Assembly (NCBI RefSeq): GCF_009914755.1
Contig: NC_060942.1
DNA length: 64,000 bases
Direction: 5' to 3' (one strand)
Origin: the human T2T-CHM13v2.0 reference genome, Homo sapiens
In this document: piece by piece, positions 1 through 16,181 of the stretch
How positions within the stretch are numbered: position 1 is the stretch's first letter
How the letters are laid out: each line of letters opens with the position of its first letter
Made by a program: the position numbers and the translations under genes
The notes under the pieces: model-generated
The model's database searches: none
Seen by the model: the letters and a program-made list of their open reading frames with translations, nothing else
What the model was told of the DNA's origin: nothing

Positions 1-293
1 GCTGCTATTAAACCTGATTTTGACCCTGTGGTGGCATAAGGAGCTCATCAGGGTGAACTGGAAGGGGTGTGCCCCACTGCTGGTGTCTGGTCAAGCAAAC
101 CCTCACCCCTTGAGAGAGGAGTCAGTGGGAGACACCACTCAAGTCTCCATAATGAGGGACAATTTCAGGCTGGGACAACATGGTGGAGGAAGGACCTCTT
201 CAGAGAGGAAGTGCACGTAAGGGGCAAGGACCCTAGAAAGACCTGTGGGACCTGTGGAGAGTATGCACGTCCTTCAGATTGAGGCTGGTTTGA

Positions 294-470
294 GGCCGGG
301 TGCCATGGCTCACGCCTGTAATCCCAGCACTTTGGGAGACCAAGGCAGGCGGATCACCTGAGGTCAGGAGTTCGAGACCAGCCTGGCTGACAAGGTGAAA
401 CCCCGTCTCTACTAAAAATACAAAAATTAGCCGGGCGCGGGGGCACACACCAAAAAAAAAAAAAAAAACA
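294..470 (+). mobile_element. Alu (AluS-like), left arm plus ~20 bp of right arm, then poly(A)
   Basis: GGCCGGGTGCCATGGCTCACGCCTGTAATCCCAGC start, A-rich linker, TTAGCCGGGCGCGG, then A-run at 452-468. Confidence 0.9.
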
Positions 471-907
471 AACCTGGGCTGAGTGCAGAAATCAGTCCAA
501 TCCAGGGAGAAATCTGGCAAATACTCTTGGCCAGCTCCTGTTTTTCTGAAAACATAGGTGCCAGAAGAGCATCCGGTAGCAGCTGCCAAGTTCAATACTA
601 GGACTCCACTCCACAGACAATTCTGTCACCCCATTGTGGGTGTCCTGGATGCCCAGAAAACCCACATCTCTTGATAAAGTCCTCCTGTGGTAAGTCTGCA
701 ACCCCTCTGCACCCAGCCCCTCTGCTGACACCCCCTCTGCACCCTGCATCTTTGCCAAGTGGGGAGAGATGCATTCCAGAACTCCAGTGGCAGGATCTGC
801 CCTTGCCGGGATCATGCAGACTTGGCATTTTCCAGTACCTACTGTTGCTTGAGGTTTCTTATAATAGAGCAGGATGAGCAACACGACTTCTCGTTTTGTA
901 ATTTGGC

Positions 908-1022
908 ACATATGTATATGTTTTATACATACATGCTATGTGTCTATATGTACACATGGCAATACATACGTGTATATGTATACGTATATATGTATGTCAA
1001 CGAATACCTAAATATATAATCA
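908..1022. repeat. Degenerate (TA/CA/TG)n low-complexity tract
   Basis: Mostly alternating purine-pyrimidine sequence, e.g. catatgtatatg...tacgtatatatgtatg. Confidence 0.6.
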
Positions 1023-2587
1023 TATGAAACAAACTGTTTATCCCTGTTCCATAAACTTCATATCAATTCAATAAATAAAATTTGTTCAAAATCCAATCAT
1101 CCCAACACATTAACATTTAATTTTTCCCTATTTTCTGTCTGTGTTTGTCATTGAATATTAAAAGTTTTGCTTTTTTTTACTATTTCACCTCTTTTCTAGG
1201 TAGTCCATAATTTTAAAACAATATATATGGCACCACTTGGTCTTCACAGCTTTCAAGACAGGACTGTCAAGGCAAGGACACTCCTTAGGGGACCCTGTCC
1301 CATAAAGTCAAATTATGCGGGATGAGTCAGTGACGCAGGAGCTAAAAACAGTGTCCCTTTAAAAATGTGCATGCCTTTGAAATGGAATAAGTAAAGTACT
1401 TGCAGATGCAAATGGTTTCAAGTTTCACTGGAGACCCAGCGAAAGCGGCTGTTCTCAAAGTTGCCAGGCAGTGTGGAAACGCCCACTGAGGGGCACACAG
1501 TGAGGCGGCCACTGGCTCTGTGTCCTTGGGGAAGCCCCTTCTGCGGTCCCCTCCATTGTCTGCGTGACAAAGTGGACGTAGAACTCCCCCATTTCCTGCC
1601 CAGGGCGGGTGAGGACCCTGCACACACACGGTGTGTTTGTGAGCTGTGCAGAGTGGGGTCTCCCTGGCAATGGCCACAGCCTCCAGGGGCGCTGACACCT
1701 CCCGTCTAACTGGTAGACAGTTTCTGCCTCTTCTTGTTTGGGGATTGGAGAGGGAAGTGCGTCTGGATGACTACTAAGGTAAATATGGAATGGGCACCGC
1801 GTCTTCCCTTTCTTCTCTCCCTTCCCACGCACCTGCCTGGCTCCCCGGCTCTCCCGCCCTGGCCAGAGTCAATGTGAGCTGCAAAGTCCATATGTGAACA
1901 GCTGTGGGCAAGTCGTGCAACAGTGCTCATGGGACTTACTACGCATCTAAGCCGCTGAACTTCAGCTGGACCCCAAATGGCCTTGGTCACGTTTTGTTTC
2001 TGTTTTGTCATTTCCGGCTGCATCTCCCACAGTCTCAGCCCTGCGCTCCTTGCTCTGCCTTCTCCTCCCCACAGCTTCTTTGCAGATAACATCCTGGCCG
2101 TATTATGCAACTGAACCCATATTATCCGGGGGAAACTTACCCTCCTCTGCTCTCTAAATCTTCCTTTTCCTTCTGGTTTTGGAGAAAGAGGAGCTCCTTT
2201 CCATCAATCAGGTCAACCTCTTCCTGTTTCCTTTCTTCATTCTTCGTTATTTTCCACTCCTGAGTTTTGGACTCTTCTCTCGGTCAATAAGTATATCCGA
2301 ATTCTTCCAGCTGTAAAACCAACAAATGAAAGGCCTCGTGTACCAAGGCTGCCCCCGCGTGCGGCCCCCCGGGCTGTGTGGCCTTGGCCTGGAACACAGC
2401 CCCGCTGCCACCTTCCTGCACTCCGTGGGGGAGATGGGCGGTGCACACTACCCAGAAGTGGAATGTGCATTTCACAGAAAATGACCAATTTAAGCAGAAA
2501 ATTAAAGCAGAAAACGGGGTGAGAACGGCAGACGCGTGTGTGGGCACCGCAGCGTACACGCTTAGGATCCCGAGTTTATTTTTCTAG

Positions 2588-3042
<455 letters not shown>

Positions 3043-3059
3043 ACATATCACTTCTTCTA

Positions 3060-3240
3060 TTGTGCATTCACTGCACACCAAGCACTTCTATTGGGCGTTC
3101 ACTACACACCAAGCCTAAGTAAGGGCTTTCTGTGCACGCTCTCATTTCATGCTTATGACACTCTGAGAATTAAGACCATTTTGGCCCCTGTCTTACAGAT
3201 GAGGAGGCTGAGGCCTAGTGCTCCTAGCGGGCTTGGTCAA
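3060..3240 (-). mobile_element. MIR fragment
   Basis: MIR core-like TTACAGATGAGGAGGCTGAGGC. Confidence 0.6.
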
Positions 3241-3893
3241 GAGCAGGAGGCGGAGGTGGTGGAAGGCTGTTTCCCTGCGGTGAGTGCTCACACGGTTGGC
3301 GGTGATTTCTCCGCAGGGTCTCACAGGCCGGTGCTCTCAGGAGCCACACCTGAAGAATGGCAGGACCCAGGGTGGGCAGAAGAGGAAGGTGAACTGAGGA
3401 ACAGTTGCAACAGAGGCCTCGGCCAACCCCATGGAGGGCTCTGAATTTGAGAGCCCTGAGAGTCACTCCCCCTGAGGCAGGAGGCCAGGCGTTGCACCCA
3501 TGCGCTGGCCACTCGCTGGGGACAGGCTGTGTCCAGGGAGGGTACCTGTGTTTGGGTGAGGTGCCCTTCAAGAAGGGCAGTTCCTGGAGAGTCCCCAGAT
3601 AGAGGTTGTCAATAGTTGACACTTTCTGCAGCTGGCGGGACAGCGCTTGGTTGAGGGGGACTCTGGGTGGCCCACTACAGTGTCTACCACAAATGCCTAC
3701 CTGCTCTCCAGGATACATTCAAATCTCGCCACCCCCAGGAGGCCTTCTTAGATTCCCATGGATCAGAATGGGCCTGGGATGCTCTCTTCCCATGTCCCTC
3801 AGGCTTGCTTGAGCTGTCTCAGGCATGACAGCTGTTGTGGGTTTGAAAGGCTCTGCCACTAGACTGTGATTCCCTGGGGAAGCAATAATCCCC

Positions 3894-4360
<467 letters not shown>

Positions 4361-4629
4361 CTAGGGATGACTTTGGGCTGCAGTTGGTGTTCCTGGAAGG
4401 CCACAAGACATGGCTGCTCTTCCAGATTTGGTGTGGGTGAGTCCGCTGGGAGTGCTGGCTCTTTCACACTGCTTGGAGGGTTCTGCCCGCCAGTGTAACT
4501 CACCCAAACTCACTAAAGCAGCAAATGGCAGCTCCAAGACTTAGCCTCAAGGAGGTGGACATCAGAAGGCATTTGATGAGGAAAGGACTCAGGTGCGGCC
4601 GCACCTGGCTGTCTGTGGGTGAGGGCCTG

Positions 4630-5352
4630 GGCATTTGGGTCCTAAGCAGATGGGTCCTGGGTAGGTGGAGTAGGTCTTGGGCAACTGGGTCTTGGGCAGG
4701 TGGAGTGGGTCTTAGGCAGGTACATCCTGGGTAGGTGGGTTCTTCTGGGCAGGAGGGGTGGATTCTGGGCAGGTGGATTCTGGCCAGGCAGATTCTGAGA
4801 AGATGGGTTCAGGGAAGCTAGATTCTGGACAGGTGGGTCCTGGGCAGCTGGGTCATGGGCAGGTGGATTCTGGGCAGGTAAGTTTTGGACAGATGGGGTC
4901 CTGGGCAGGTGGGTCCTGGGTGGGTGGGTCCTGGGTGGGTGGGTACTGGGCAGGTGGGTCCTGGGCGGGTGGGTCATGGGCAGGTGGATTCTGGGCAGGT
5001 AAGTTTTGGACAGGTGTGGTCCTGGTCAGGTGAGTCCTGGGTGAGTGGGTCCTGGGCAGGTAGATTCTGGGCAGGTAAGTTTTGGACAGGTGGGGTCCTG
5101 GGCATGTGGGTCCTGGGTGGGTGGGTCCTGGGCAGATGAGTTCAGGGCAGATGAATCTTAGGCAGGTGGATTCTGGGAAGGTAGATTCTGGGCAGGTAGA
5201 TTCCGGGCAGGTGTGTCCTGGGCAGGGGAGTTCTGGGCAGGTGAGTGTTAGACAGGTGGGTCTTGGGCAGGTGGGTCCTGGGCAGCTGGATTCTGGGAAG
5301 GAGAGTTTTAGACAGGTGAGTCTTGGCCAGGTGGATTCTGGGCAGGTGGGCC
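4630..5352. repeat. G-rich minisatellite, 15-bp unit GGGCAGGTGG(G/A)T(C/T)CT, roughly 45-50 diverged copies
   Basis: Visible 15-bp periodicity; translates to (GQVDS/GQVGP)n and (RTHLP)n. Confidence 0.95.
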
Positions 5353-5569
5353 CACAGATGGCAGGCCTTTAGCAGGGCCGAGGTGAAAGGGGAATGGAGA
5401 GGCTTACAACTGTCATCCACGTTTCATCCTTTTATGGTTTGAGGGACATTGCTTTTCAAAGCCTGATGTATACAGTTTATTAAAATAAAACCTTTTCCAC
5501 ACAAGACGAAAGAACAAAGCTTGGGAAGTGGATGCTCACGGTTTGTCGGAGGCGGCACCGCGCAGTTGT

Positions 5570-5775
5570 TGCAACCACGGGCTCTGGGCAGGCTGACTGT
5601 GTTTGAACACTGCCTCTACTGCTTCCCAACTACAGGACCAGTGGCCAGGCCACAATTTTCTCATCTGCAAATAGGGAGAGTGGCAGGACCTACTTCATAG
5701 GCTGTTTGAGGCTTAAGTGAGTCAATATTTTTAAAGCATGTGGAATAGAGCATGATACAAAATAAGTGCTATATA
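5570..5775 (+). mobile_element. MIR
   Basis: TTTTCTCATCTGCAAATAGGG...CCTACTTCATAGGCTGTTTGAGGCTTAAGTGAG...AATAAGTGCTATATAAA. Confidence 0.7.
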
Positions 5776-6043
5776 AAGACTCAATAAATAGATTTGGTTG
5801 AAAGACATATGAGAAAGCACTTTGAAAAGAGTCGGAAACTGATCTAATAACTTGATATGTGATGTGGGAAAATCATTGCATCCTGCCATGTCAGCGTATT
5901 TAGCTGTGAACTGGGCAGAGAGTTGCAGTTACCGAAAGCATGCCCGTGTATTCGTTGGTGTTCTTTAAAGAATATTATACTGCTCTGATAGTGGAACTTT
6001 GTAGTTGCCCAGAGGTCATTTGCTCCCTAAAAACTTAGCAAGG

Positions 6044-6341
<298 letters not shown>

Positions 6342-6875
6342 GTAGCAAGGAAAGTAAGCAGGCTACAGTGGAACTAATACGCAATATTGCAAGTGGGAAA
6401 GGACATTCGTATTCAAACCACATCCCTCTGCCCTGGTAAAAGTGAAATGGTTTCGAACGGCTTTGCAGCTACCTTCAGATGGAGGTGGTCTGCAGGTGCA
6501 GGCAGTGTCCACAGGCACAGGGATTTAACCCTTTCCAGAATCTCTCTTCTCCCATCCCTTAAACCATGTGCTGCTTTAGAAAGCAGGGCATTTGTATGAC
6601 ATTGAGTAGCTTGCAGAACCTGTTTTTTCCCATCCCAAATGATAGTATTCTAGAATGTACATTGTTTTAATGGCACACAATTGTTGCTGGAGCCACAGAG
6701 ATTTTACAATGGGATGAACAATGTTGCTCCCATCTTAGTTAAATTTGTGAAACACTATTTGATTGAATGCATTTATAATATTAAAGATTCATAATATCTT
6801 GCAGGAGAACACAAATATCTAAGTGAACATTTGTGACCTTTGTAAAATCCACAGAAAAGCAACATTAAAATTTAA

Positions 6876-7251
<376 letters not shown>

Positions 7252-7674
7252 TAGAGCAATATCTGTGTCGTCACATTGGCTACGGATATCCATTTTGATT
7301 ACTGGTTCACCTGTTAAGGTCCCTGCTATGATGCAATCAATGTGACATTCTAATTGGCATTGTAGATGGAACTGTCTACAATGGTTATACTATAATGTTC
7401 AAGAAATATGCCCGAAGGCAGTAAAGATTCAACTACTCACCAAGGACTTAGGCCGCATTTACTCGGTGTTGCGGGTGGGAATGCACAGTCAATGGGAACA
7501 GCATCCCCCGTTCAAAAAGCCGGCCATTCAGGAGAGGTGACAGACACACATAGGAGGTTGAGGAACGCCATCCTGTAAGCTCTAGGAAGAGCAGGAGCTC
7601 TGCAGAAGCAGAGGCAGAAAGACACTCGGGCTGGTCAAGCAGCTGAGTCCCAGTGACTGTAGCTACAGATGCCA

Positions 7675-7675
7675 T

Positions 7676-7706
<31 letters not shown>

Positions 7707-7724
7707 GATGATGGTGATGATGAC
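7675..7724. repeat. (GAT)n trinucleotide repeat with GGT interruptions
   Basis: tgatgatgatgatgatggtgatgat... Confidence 0.95.
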
Positions 7725-8014
7725 GTGAAGGCAGGCCTGTGGGGTGCGGGGGCTTGGCTGGCAGGACTTGTTTCCCTGGCTTGGCTGGTTGCTCGGCGGC
7801 GGGAAGAGGAGGTGAGGGCTGAGTGGAGATGCAACTGATAATGGGGTTCTGCCAGGAAGAGCCCGAGAAAAGCCCCGGCAGGTGGGTGTCTCAGTTTCTT
7901 CTCTTTCATTTCTGTCCCAGGGCGGTTCCCCTCCCCTTCCCATGCCTTCCCTTCTTTAGTCGCTGTGGAGCCCCCATTCATGAATGAAGTTACCAAGTGT
8001 CTCTTCCATGCCAC

Positions 8015-8066
8015 ACACTGTGTGTTTCATAGGTATACAAACACTGTGTGTTTCATAGGTATACAA
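8015..8066. repeat. Perfect 26-bp tandem duplication
   Basis: ACACTGTGTGTTTCATAGGTATACAA twice (8015-8040, 8041-8066). Confidence 0.95.
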
Positions 8067-9067
8067 AAAATTTCATTTCATCCTCAGATGTGCTGGGCAT
8101 TCTTGAAATTTCAGGAAACCAGCCAAAAATCACAATATCATCTGTTTAACCTCCTTCCTCCAGCACCCTTGTGCCCATAATGAAATACATGCCCACATGC
8201 CTCTGCTCTGCTTCCATGAAATTGTGTGCAACTCCCAAGAAATGACCATATCCTAAAATCAACTTTCATATAGACCAAAAACTCATTGAAACATCGAGAT
8301 GATTATAATAATGACCAATCTCATATAGGGTTTTTCCAAACAAATTTATTTATCCAAGTGTAGATTTAGAGTATATGAATTAGATACGTGTGCGTTAATC
8401 CTACGTCGAGGGAAATTTAGTCACCAATTCCCCCTATTTTCGTCTGACTCCTTTTCTAGGAACTACGATAGCATATAATTTAGGAGTTGAAAAGAAATAA
8501 TAGTGCATGAAGAATACAGTTCCCAAAATGAATAGACGGATCTGTCATTTTCAGTATAGTGCATTTAGAAGAATAGATGGTTTGACTTTTAACCATTTTG
8601 GTATCTTATTGCTCTTACCACTGGCAGAGCAAAGTCAGAGTCTGCATTGGCAGAGGACAGCATTTTACTTGAAAATTCTCTAAAAACAGTGTTCTCTGCT
8701 TATGTAGACCTAGTTGCTTCTGTGAAACTCCCTGACGGTGGTATCTGGTCAGAAGATGCCTCACCGGGGTAAGCCGGTGGAATTTCTCGCAGAATGAGGT
8801 TGTCCTCATCAGTTGAAGCAAAATCTCCTCTTGCCGAGTGCCTCTGTTTTCTCTGAGTTTGAGTTCAGAGCAATTTTTTAACGCACTGGAGGGAGCCAGG
8901 CAGACGGTGAGGCCCAGCAGCAAGGAATGCGATGGAATGCAGCTCCGAGCTGCTAGGGTACTGTTTCTTTTTTACAATTTTAACTTTAACTTTTATAGAT
9001 TTGCTACCCTTTAGGCTCCCATAACGTATTTTCCTGTTAGTAAAGAAATTATTTCATTGTCTTATGA

Positions 9068-9673
<606 letters not shown>

Positions 9674-9769
9674 TGATTCTGTTTCTCACATTTTATCACC
9701 AACTCTTAAAGGCAGGTGTGAAATCTTTTACTTTATATAATTGTGTGCATCTGGACACTCACAAATTAT

Positions 9770-9923
9770 TTTTGTTGTTGTTTTTCAGAGATGGTTGGCA
9801 GGGTGGGGCACGGGAGTTTCACGATGCTGCCCAGGCTGGTCTCGAACTCCTGGCCTCAAGTGTTCTTCCCACCTAGGCCTCCCAAAGTGCTGGGATTACA
9901 GGCAGGAGCCACTGCACCCGGCC
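9770..9923 (-). mobile_element. FLAM / Alu left monomer
   Basis: Antisense left arm only (CTGGTCTCGAACTCCTGGCCTCAAG...CACCCGGCC). Confidence 0.85.
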
Positions 9924-10134
9924 AGGAGTTCTTCACTGGCTAACACCGTCTGGAAGACAACTTACCTGCCAGTGGGTCTTTACAGAGAAATTTTGCGTTT
10001 TGTTCATTTTATTTCAAAATAATAAACATTTGGTATTTCTTTAATTAAAGTGAAGTTTTCACAATAGACTTCATTTTTTAAAAGCAAGCAAAATTTCTCA
10101 AATCTGCTGTGTATATTTTATGAAACTCTGCACC

Positions 10135-10441
<307 letters not shown>

Positions 10442-10885
10442 TCTGCGCCTTTATTTCAATACATATTTACTTTGGTTAAGGCAGGCTGCTAGAAAACGTC
10501 CTGAAACCTGAAAGCCAGAATAAAGCCTATTTGGAAACCCGCTGACTCAATACACCATTCTCTTGCCACCAATTCCATAGCATTTCCCTGTCCCCCTGAT
10601 TGGCCTGACAGGTGTGGTCTCTGTTCGGCCTCCTGGGTCCCATCCCACATGATGTCCGAGCTCTGAGTGCCCGGGCAGCTCATCCACACGAAGCCTTTGC
10701 TTCTCCTCTTTCCCCTGTGTTTTCTTTCCCATTAGTCCTTCTAAAGACAGGGTAGGGAGGGAAATTAAAGTGAGGTTGGGGAATATCTATGGATTCACTA
10801 TTTCCAGACCCTAATTAACAGGTCATTTAGGACTTTTTGTCCACTCTATGCGTACCAGGCTCCAGGACCCTGATGCCGTCTTCCC

Positions 10886-11156
10886 GTCACGTGAGCCCAT
10901 CCCTTAAAACAAATCTCCCTCTCTCTGTATATTTTCATTCCGTGGGCTCTATGTCCCTGGAGAACCCTGGCTAGTACGAGGTGGAATTGGACAGTATTTG
11001 TCTTTTGTGACCAGCTTTGTTCACGGAACAGAATATTTTCAAGATTCATCCAAGGTGTAGCCTGTATCAATATATCATTACATGTGTATCACATGTTGTT
11101 TATAGATTCGTCAGGGTGGACATTTGGGTTCCTTCCACCTTTCGGCTATTATGAAT
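10886..11156. repeat. ~270-bp duplicate of the MLT2-end/L1M junction at 12785-13407
   Basis: Colinear, high-identity match, e.g. CCCTGGAGAACCCTGGCTAGTACGAG and GGAATTGGACAGTATTTGTCTTTTGTGACCAGCTT at both sites. Confidence 0.92.
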
Positions 11157-12471
11157 TGTCTCTTCTTTATCTAAGTCAATGTGGTGGTGGAAGGCATAGG
11201 TCGCCCAGTCCAGCCTGCTGCTGTCTTTGTTCTACAATTTTCACAAACCTCAATGAATGACTAATACTTTAAAGGGGAGATTTTACATCGAAATCCCACC
11301 TCTAGCTTCTCTCAGAGATGAGGCAGTGCCTGGCCAGGCCTGCCCTTCCTCAGGGCCATGCTGGGTCCCCGCTCTTGCCAGTGGTCCCTAGCTGCTTCTC
11401 ATGGGGACCACACCCCTGAACCAGGAGGATTCGTATTTACCAAACTCAGCTGCCTCCTGCCCCTGGGGACTCAGCCTGGAGTGGAGGTGGGTGCGGGTGC
11501 TCACCAGGCAGGCATCTCTTCTGAGAGGTTGGAGGTCATACTCATCATTAAATATCTTTAACGTTATTTGGCTTAGAGCTTAATATAGTATTTTCTTTCT
11601 TCCTTTCCTCTTCCTTTTTTTATTACAAAATATTACTTTTCTAAAATTCCCATCATGGTTTAAAAATTCATATATCATTTAAGGACCATAGTTGGGATTG
11701 TAAAATGCAGACGAAACCCATGATTCTCCACAGACTTTTGAAACTCCACCACTCCGCGTGGCCTCCTTCCTGTTGCTCCAGCTCTTGGCATCCCTACCCG
11801 GCCAAACAGCTGTCCCCTACAAGTCTGAATGTACAGGCCAGGGAGAGTGCCGTGCGTTGGCTGCCCGAAGTGACGCCTTGGGTACAATCGTGCAACTGTG
11901 TGAGCTGGTGTAGAGCCCCTCGGCAAAATATCTGCTGCTGAGGACTGGGTGTGTGCGTGAGTGTGTGTGCACACATCTTTCCATGAGAAACTTTCACCAA
12001 AGCTTAGAGCCCTGTTTTGGACCAGGGAAGGGGAGGGCTGAGTGGCATGCATTGCTTTCTTGGGGGCCCTCTGGCTGCCTGGATGGCTCTCCACAAAAGA
12101 AGTGGGTTTATGAGAGGCAGGAGGCGGAGAGACACTGGTTTCCCTTTATTACTTGAAGAAAAAGGAAAACTCCTCACTGGAAGAATGACAGCTGTTGATA
12201 TAAACAAGTGTTTTTGATAAAATCTATCCTCGTAGCCCAATAGAACAAAGGTGAGCGTTTTGCTAGGAAATGCCTTTTGGAGAAAAAAAGTTAGCACACA
12301 CATGTTTGGATTACTTTATAAAAACATTCATTTATTTACTTGCTTGTTTTTAAATTGTGGTACGATGTAAAACCATTCCACCCCAATTCCCCTTCTCTCA
12401 GCCCCTCTCATCTACCGTCATCTACTTACCGTGGCTATGAATTTGTCTATTCTAGACGTTTCATCAGTGTG

Positions 12472-13339
<868 letters not shown>

Positions 13340-14179
13340 TCACATGTTGTTTATGGATTCGTCAGGGAGGACATTTGTGTTCCTTCCACCTTTCAGCTCT
13401 TATGAATCTAGTGCTGCTTCCAACATTAGTGCACAGGTTCCTGTCTCAGTCCCTCTTCTCAATTCTCTGGGTGAGGTGCTTCCTAGAGAGACCTGGTTCT
13501 TCTGAGTCGTCCCCGCAGCCCCTTGCCCTGGTTTGCATGTCAGGTTCTAATCGGGTAAACAATGGGGCTCTCGCTCAGATGTTCCCTTGACGGTCACCCT
13601 GGCCAGCACGTTGGCTTTAATTACATGGATTGATTTGTGAATTGTCATCTCACTGTTTCAGCAACTGTAAATATCGGCAGTGCTGTGTTTCCCTTTACCA
13701 CGCTCTTTTGTGGGAAATTGACATGATCAATGTGTTCTCAAGGTCTGGTTTTTGCCAAAGCATCACATTTTTTCTGATAGAAATTTACTGTCCCCTTGGC
13801 AAGATCCATGTTATTGGAACATTTCCAGGAAGCCCTTTGGTGGCATGTGAGACCTGGCTCCGTGGCACTGGACAAATCTCCTGAAGCAGAAGTTTCAGTG
13901 GCTCCTGGAACAGCACCCCCCCTACGGGGAGCCAAGAACTCCCAGGAAGGGGGGGTGGGGGTTGGGATGCACAAGCCACCAGCTCTGTCGGCTCTGGAGT
14001 GACACTAAGAGAAGAAAGACGAAGACAGTAGCTCTCGTCTCAATGCGTGTTCATCACATTTGTCACTAGGAGACCCCATTTCAGTGCGTTCGGTGATCAG
14101 AAAGATTGTATCTTTGCTAATGTGCTGATATTCACGGGCTGCACATCTGGCAGAAGGGGAGAGAGCAAGACCTCTGGGA

Positions 14180-14360
14180 CGCTGTTATCTTGGCTGGAGT
14201 CCAGACCCCATTCTGATGTCTTGAGCAGATGACTTAACTTCTTCAGCCTCAGTTTCCTCTTTGTGACATTGGAATGATGCTGTTACCCACTTCTTAAGGA
14301 CGTTATAAAATAACAGCACGTAAGAGCTGCTTTAAACTATGAAGAACTTTGTAAATGGTG
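14180..14360 (+). mobile_element. MIR
   Basis: GACTTAACTTCTTCAGCCTCAGTTTCCTCTTTGTGA MIR core. Confidence 0.7.
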
Positions 14361-14524
14361 GTAAGGTTTTATTTAATAGGAAGAGAATATGAGCAGAGAA
14401 AACTTTATTCATTTTTAAGATATAAAATGTGTGGAAAATTACAGTGAATAGATTTTATAACACATCCTTTTTCTCTGTGTTCATTGCAGATTTTCACATA
14501 ATTTTTAAAAAATCACCATATGTC

Positions 14525-14818
14525 GGCCAGGCGCAGTGGCTCACGCCTGTAATCCTAGCACTTTGGGAGGCCGAGGCGGGCGGATTACAAGGTCAAGAGA
14601 TGGAGACCATCCTGGCTAACACGGTGAAACCCCGTCTCTACAAAAAACACAAAACTTAGCCAGGCGTGGTGGCGGGTGCCTGTAGTCCCAGCTACTCAGG
14701 AGGCAGAGGCAGGAGAATGGCATGAACCTGGGAGGCGGAGCTTGCAGTGAGCCGAGATCGTGCCACTGCACTCCAGCCTGGGCGACAGAGCGAGACTCCT
14801 TCTCAAAAAAAAAAAAAA
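14525..14818 (+). mobile_element. AluY
   Basis: Full-length dimer; TSD AAAATCACC(C)ATATGTC. Confidence 0.94.
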
Positions 14819-14884
14819 GAAAATCACCCATATGTCTGGAAATCTTGCCTTAAAGTAGGTCTTTTTAAAAAATACTATTAGGTT

Positions 14885-15242
<358 letters not shown>

Positions 15243-15404
15243 ATTTTTCTCAAAAAAAGTTTTAGTTGGAGATTGCATTCCTTAAAAAAATTGATATCAA
15301 ATAAATGATATGTTCATGATTGAAACAGTATGTCATAAAAACAAAGCTGCAATAATTATTGATGCCTACACTAATTTTAAATAGTCAAATTATGCTCCAT
15401 GTCA

Positions 15405-15545
15405 TTGCATTTTAGAGCTGAGAAGCACCTAAGAGATCATTAATCTAACATTGTTTTTAAGATATGGAAATTGAGTCTCAAAGAGGTTAATCACACATAC
15501 AGGACCAGAACTCATATTTCCTGATTTCTAATTCAGTACTTTCCC
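15405..15545 (-). mobile_element. MIR/MIR3 fragment
   Basis: TTTTAGAGCTGAGAAGCACCTAAGAGATCAT...GGAAATTGAGTCTCAAAGAGGTTAA. Confidence 0.6.
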
Positions 15546-15890
15546 CCCCATTCTATACAGCCACGCTATACAACATGCATATGAAATAGCCTGATTGTAC
15601 AAGAGCCCTAGTGTTCTGTCAGATTTGCATATAAAAAGATTCTAAGAAATCACAGTTCTACTATAGCGTAAATAAGACCTAAATGAAAATATTAGCTGTT
15701 GAAATATTAAACATGTACTTAATGCTTTTGCTCACCTCTTTACACTTCAGGGCATATATATGACAAGCGATTTGGACCAACTCTTTCATGGATGGTCTTC
15801 AAGTACCTTCCCAGGACTCTGCCTCCCAAGTCCCTGAAGCAACTTAGCCCCATTCACCCCACCACCAAAAATGTGAGGAAAAAAAGATGT

Positions 15891-16181
15891 GGCCAGGTGC
15901 GGGCTCACGCCTATAATCCCAGCACTTTGGGATGCCAAGGTGGCCGGATCACAAGGTCAGGGGTTTGAGACCAGCCTGGCCAACATGGTGAAACCCTGTC
16001 TCTACTGAAAATACAAAAATTAGCAGGTATGGTGGCACATGCCTGTAGTCTCAGCTACTCGGGAGGCTGAGGCAGGAGAATCGCTTGAACCTGGGAGGCG
16101 GAGGTTGCAGTGAGCCTAGACTGCGCCATTGCACTCCAGCCTAGGCAACAGAGCGAGACTCCATCCCCCCCAAAAAAAGAA
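15891..16181 (+). mobile_element. Alu (AluSg/Sx-like)
   Basis: Full-length dimer; TSD AAAAGATGT. Confidence 0.93.

Noticed and set aside
4642-5420. Pentapeptide-repeat ORFs (GQVDS/GPGQV)
   Set aside because: The 15-bp unit is a multiple of 3; frames are broken by stops and shifts, and there is no gene structure.
7448-8014. 188-aa ORF with poly-Ser, and poly-Asp on the other strand
   Set aside because: Explained by the (GAT)n repeat; no recognisable domain.
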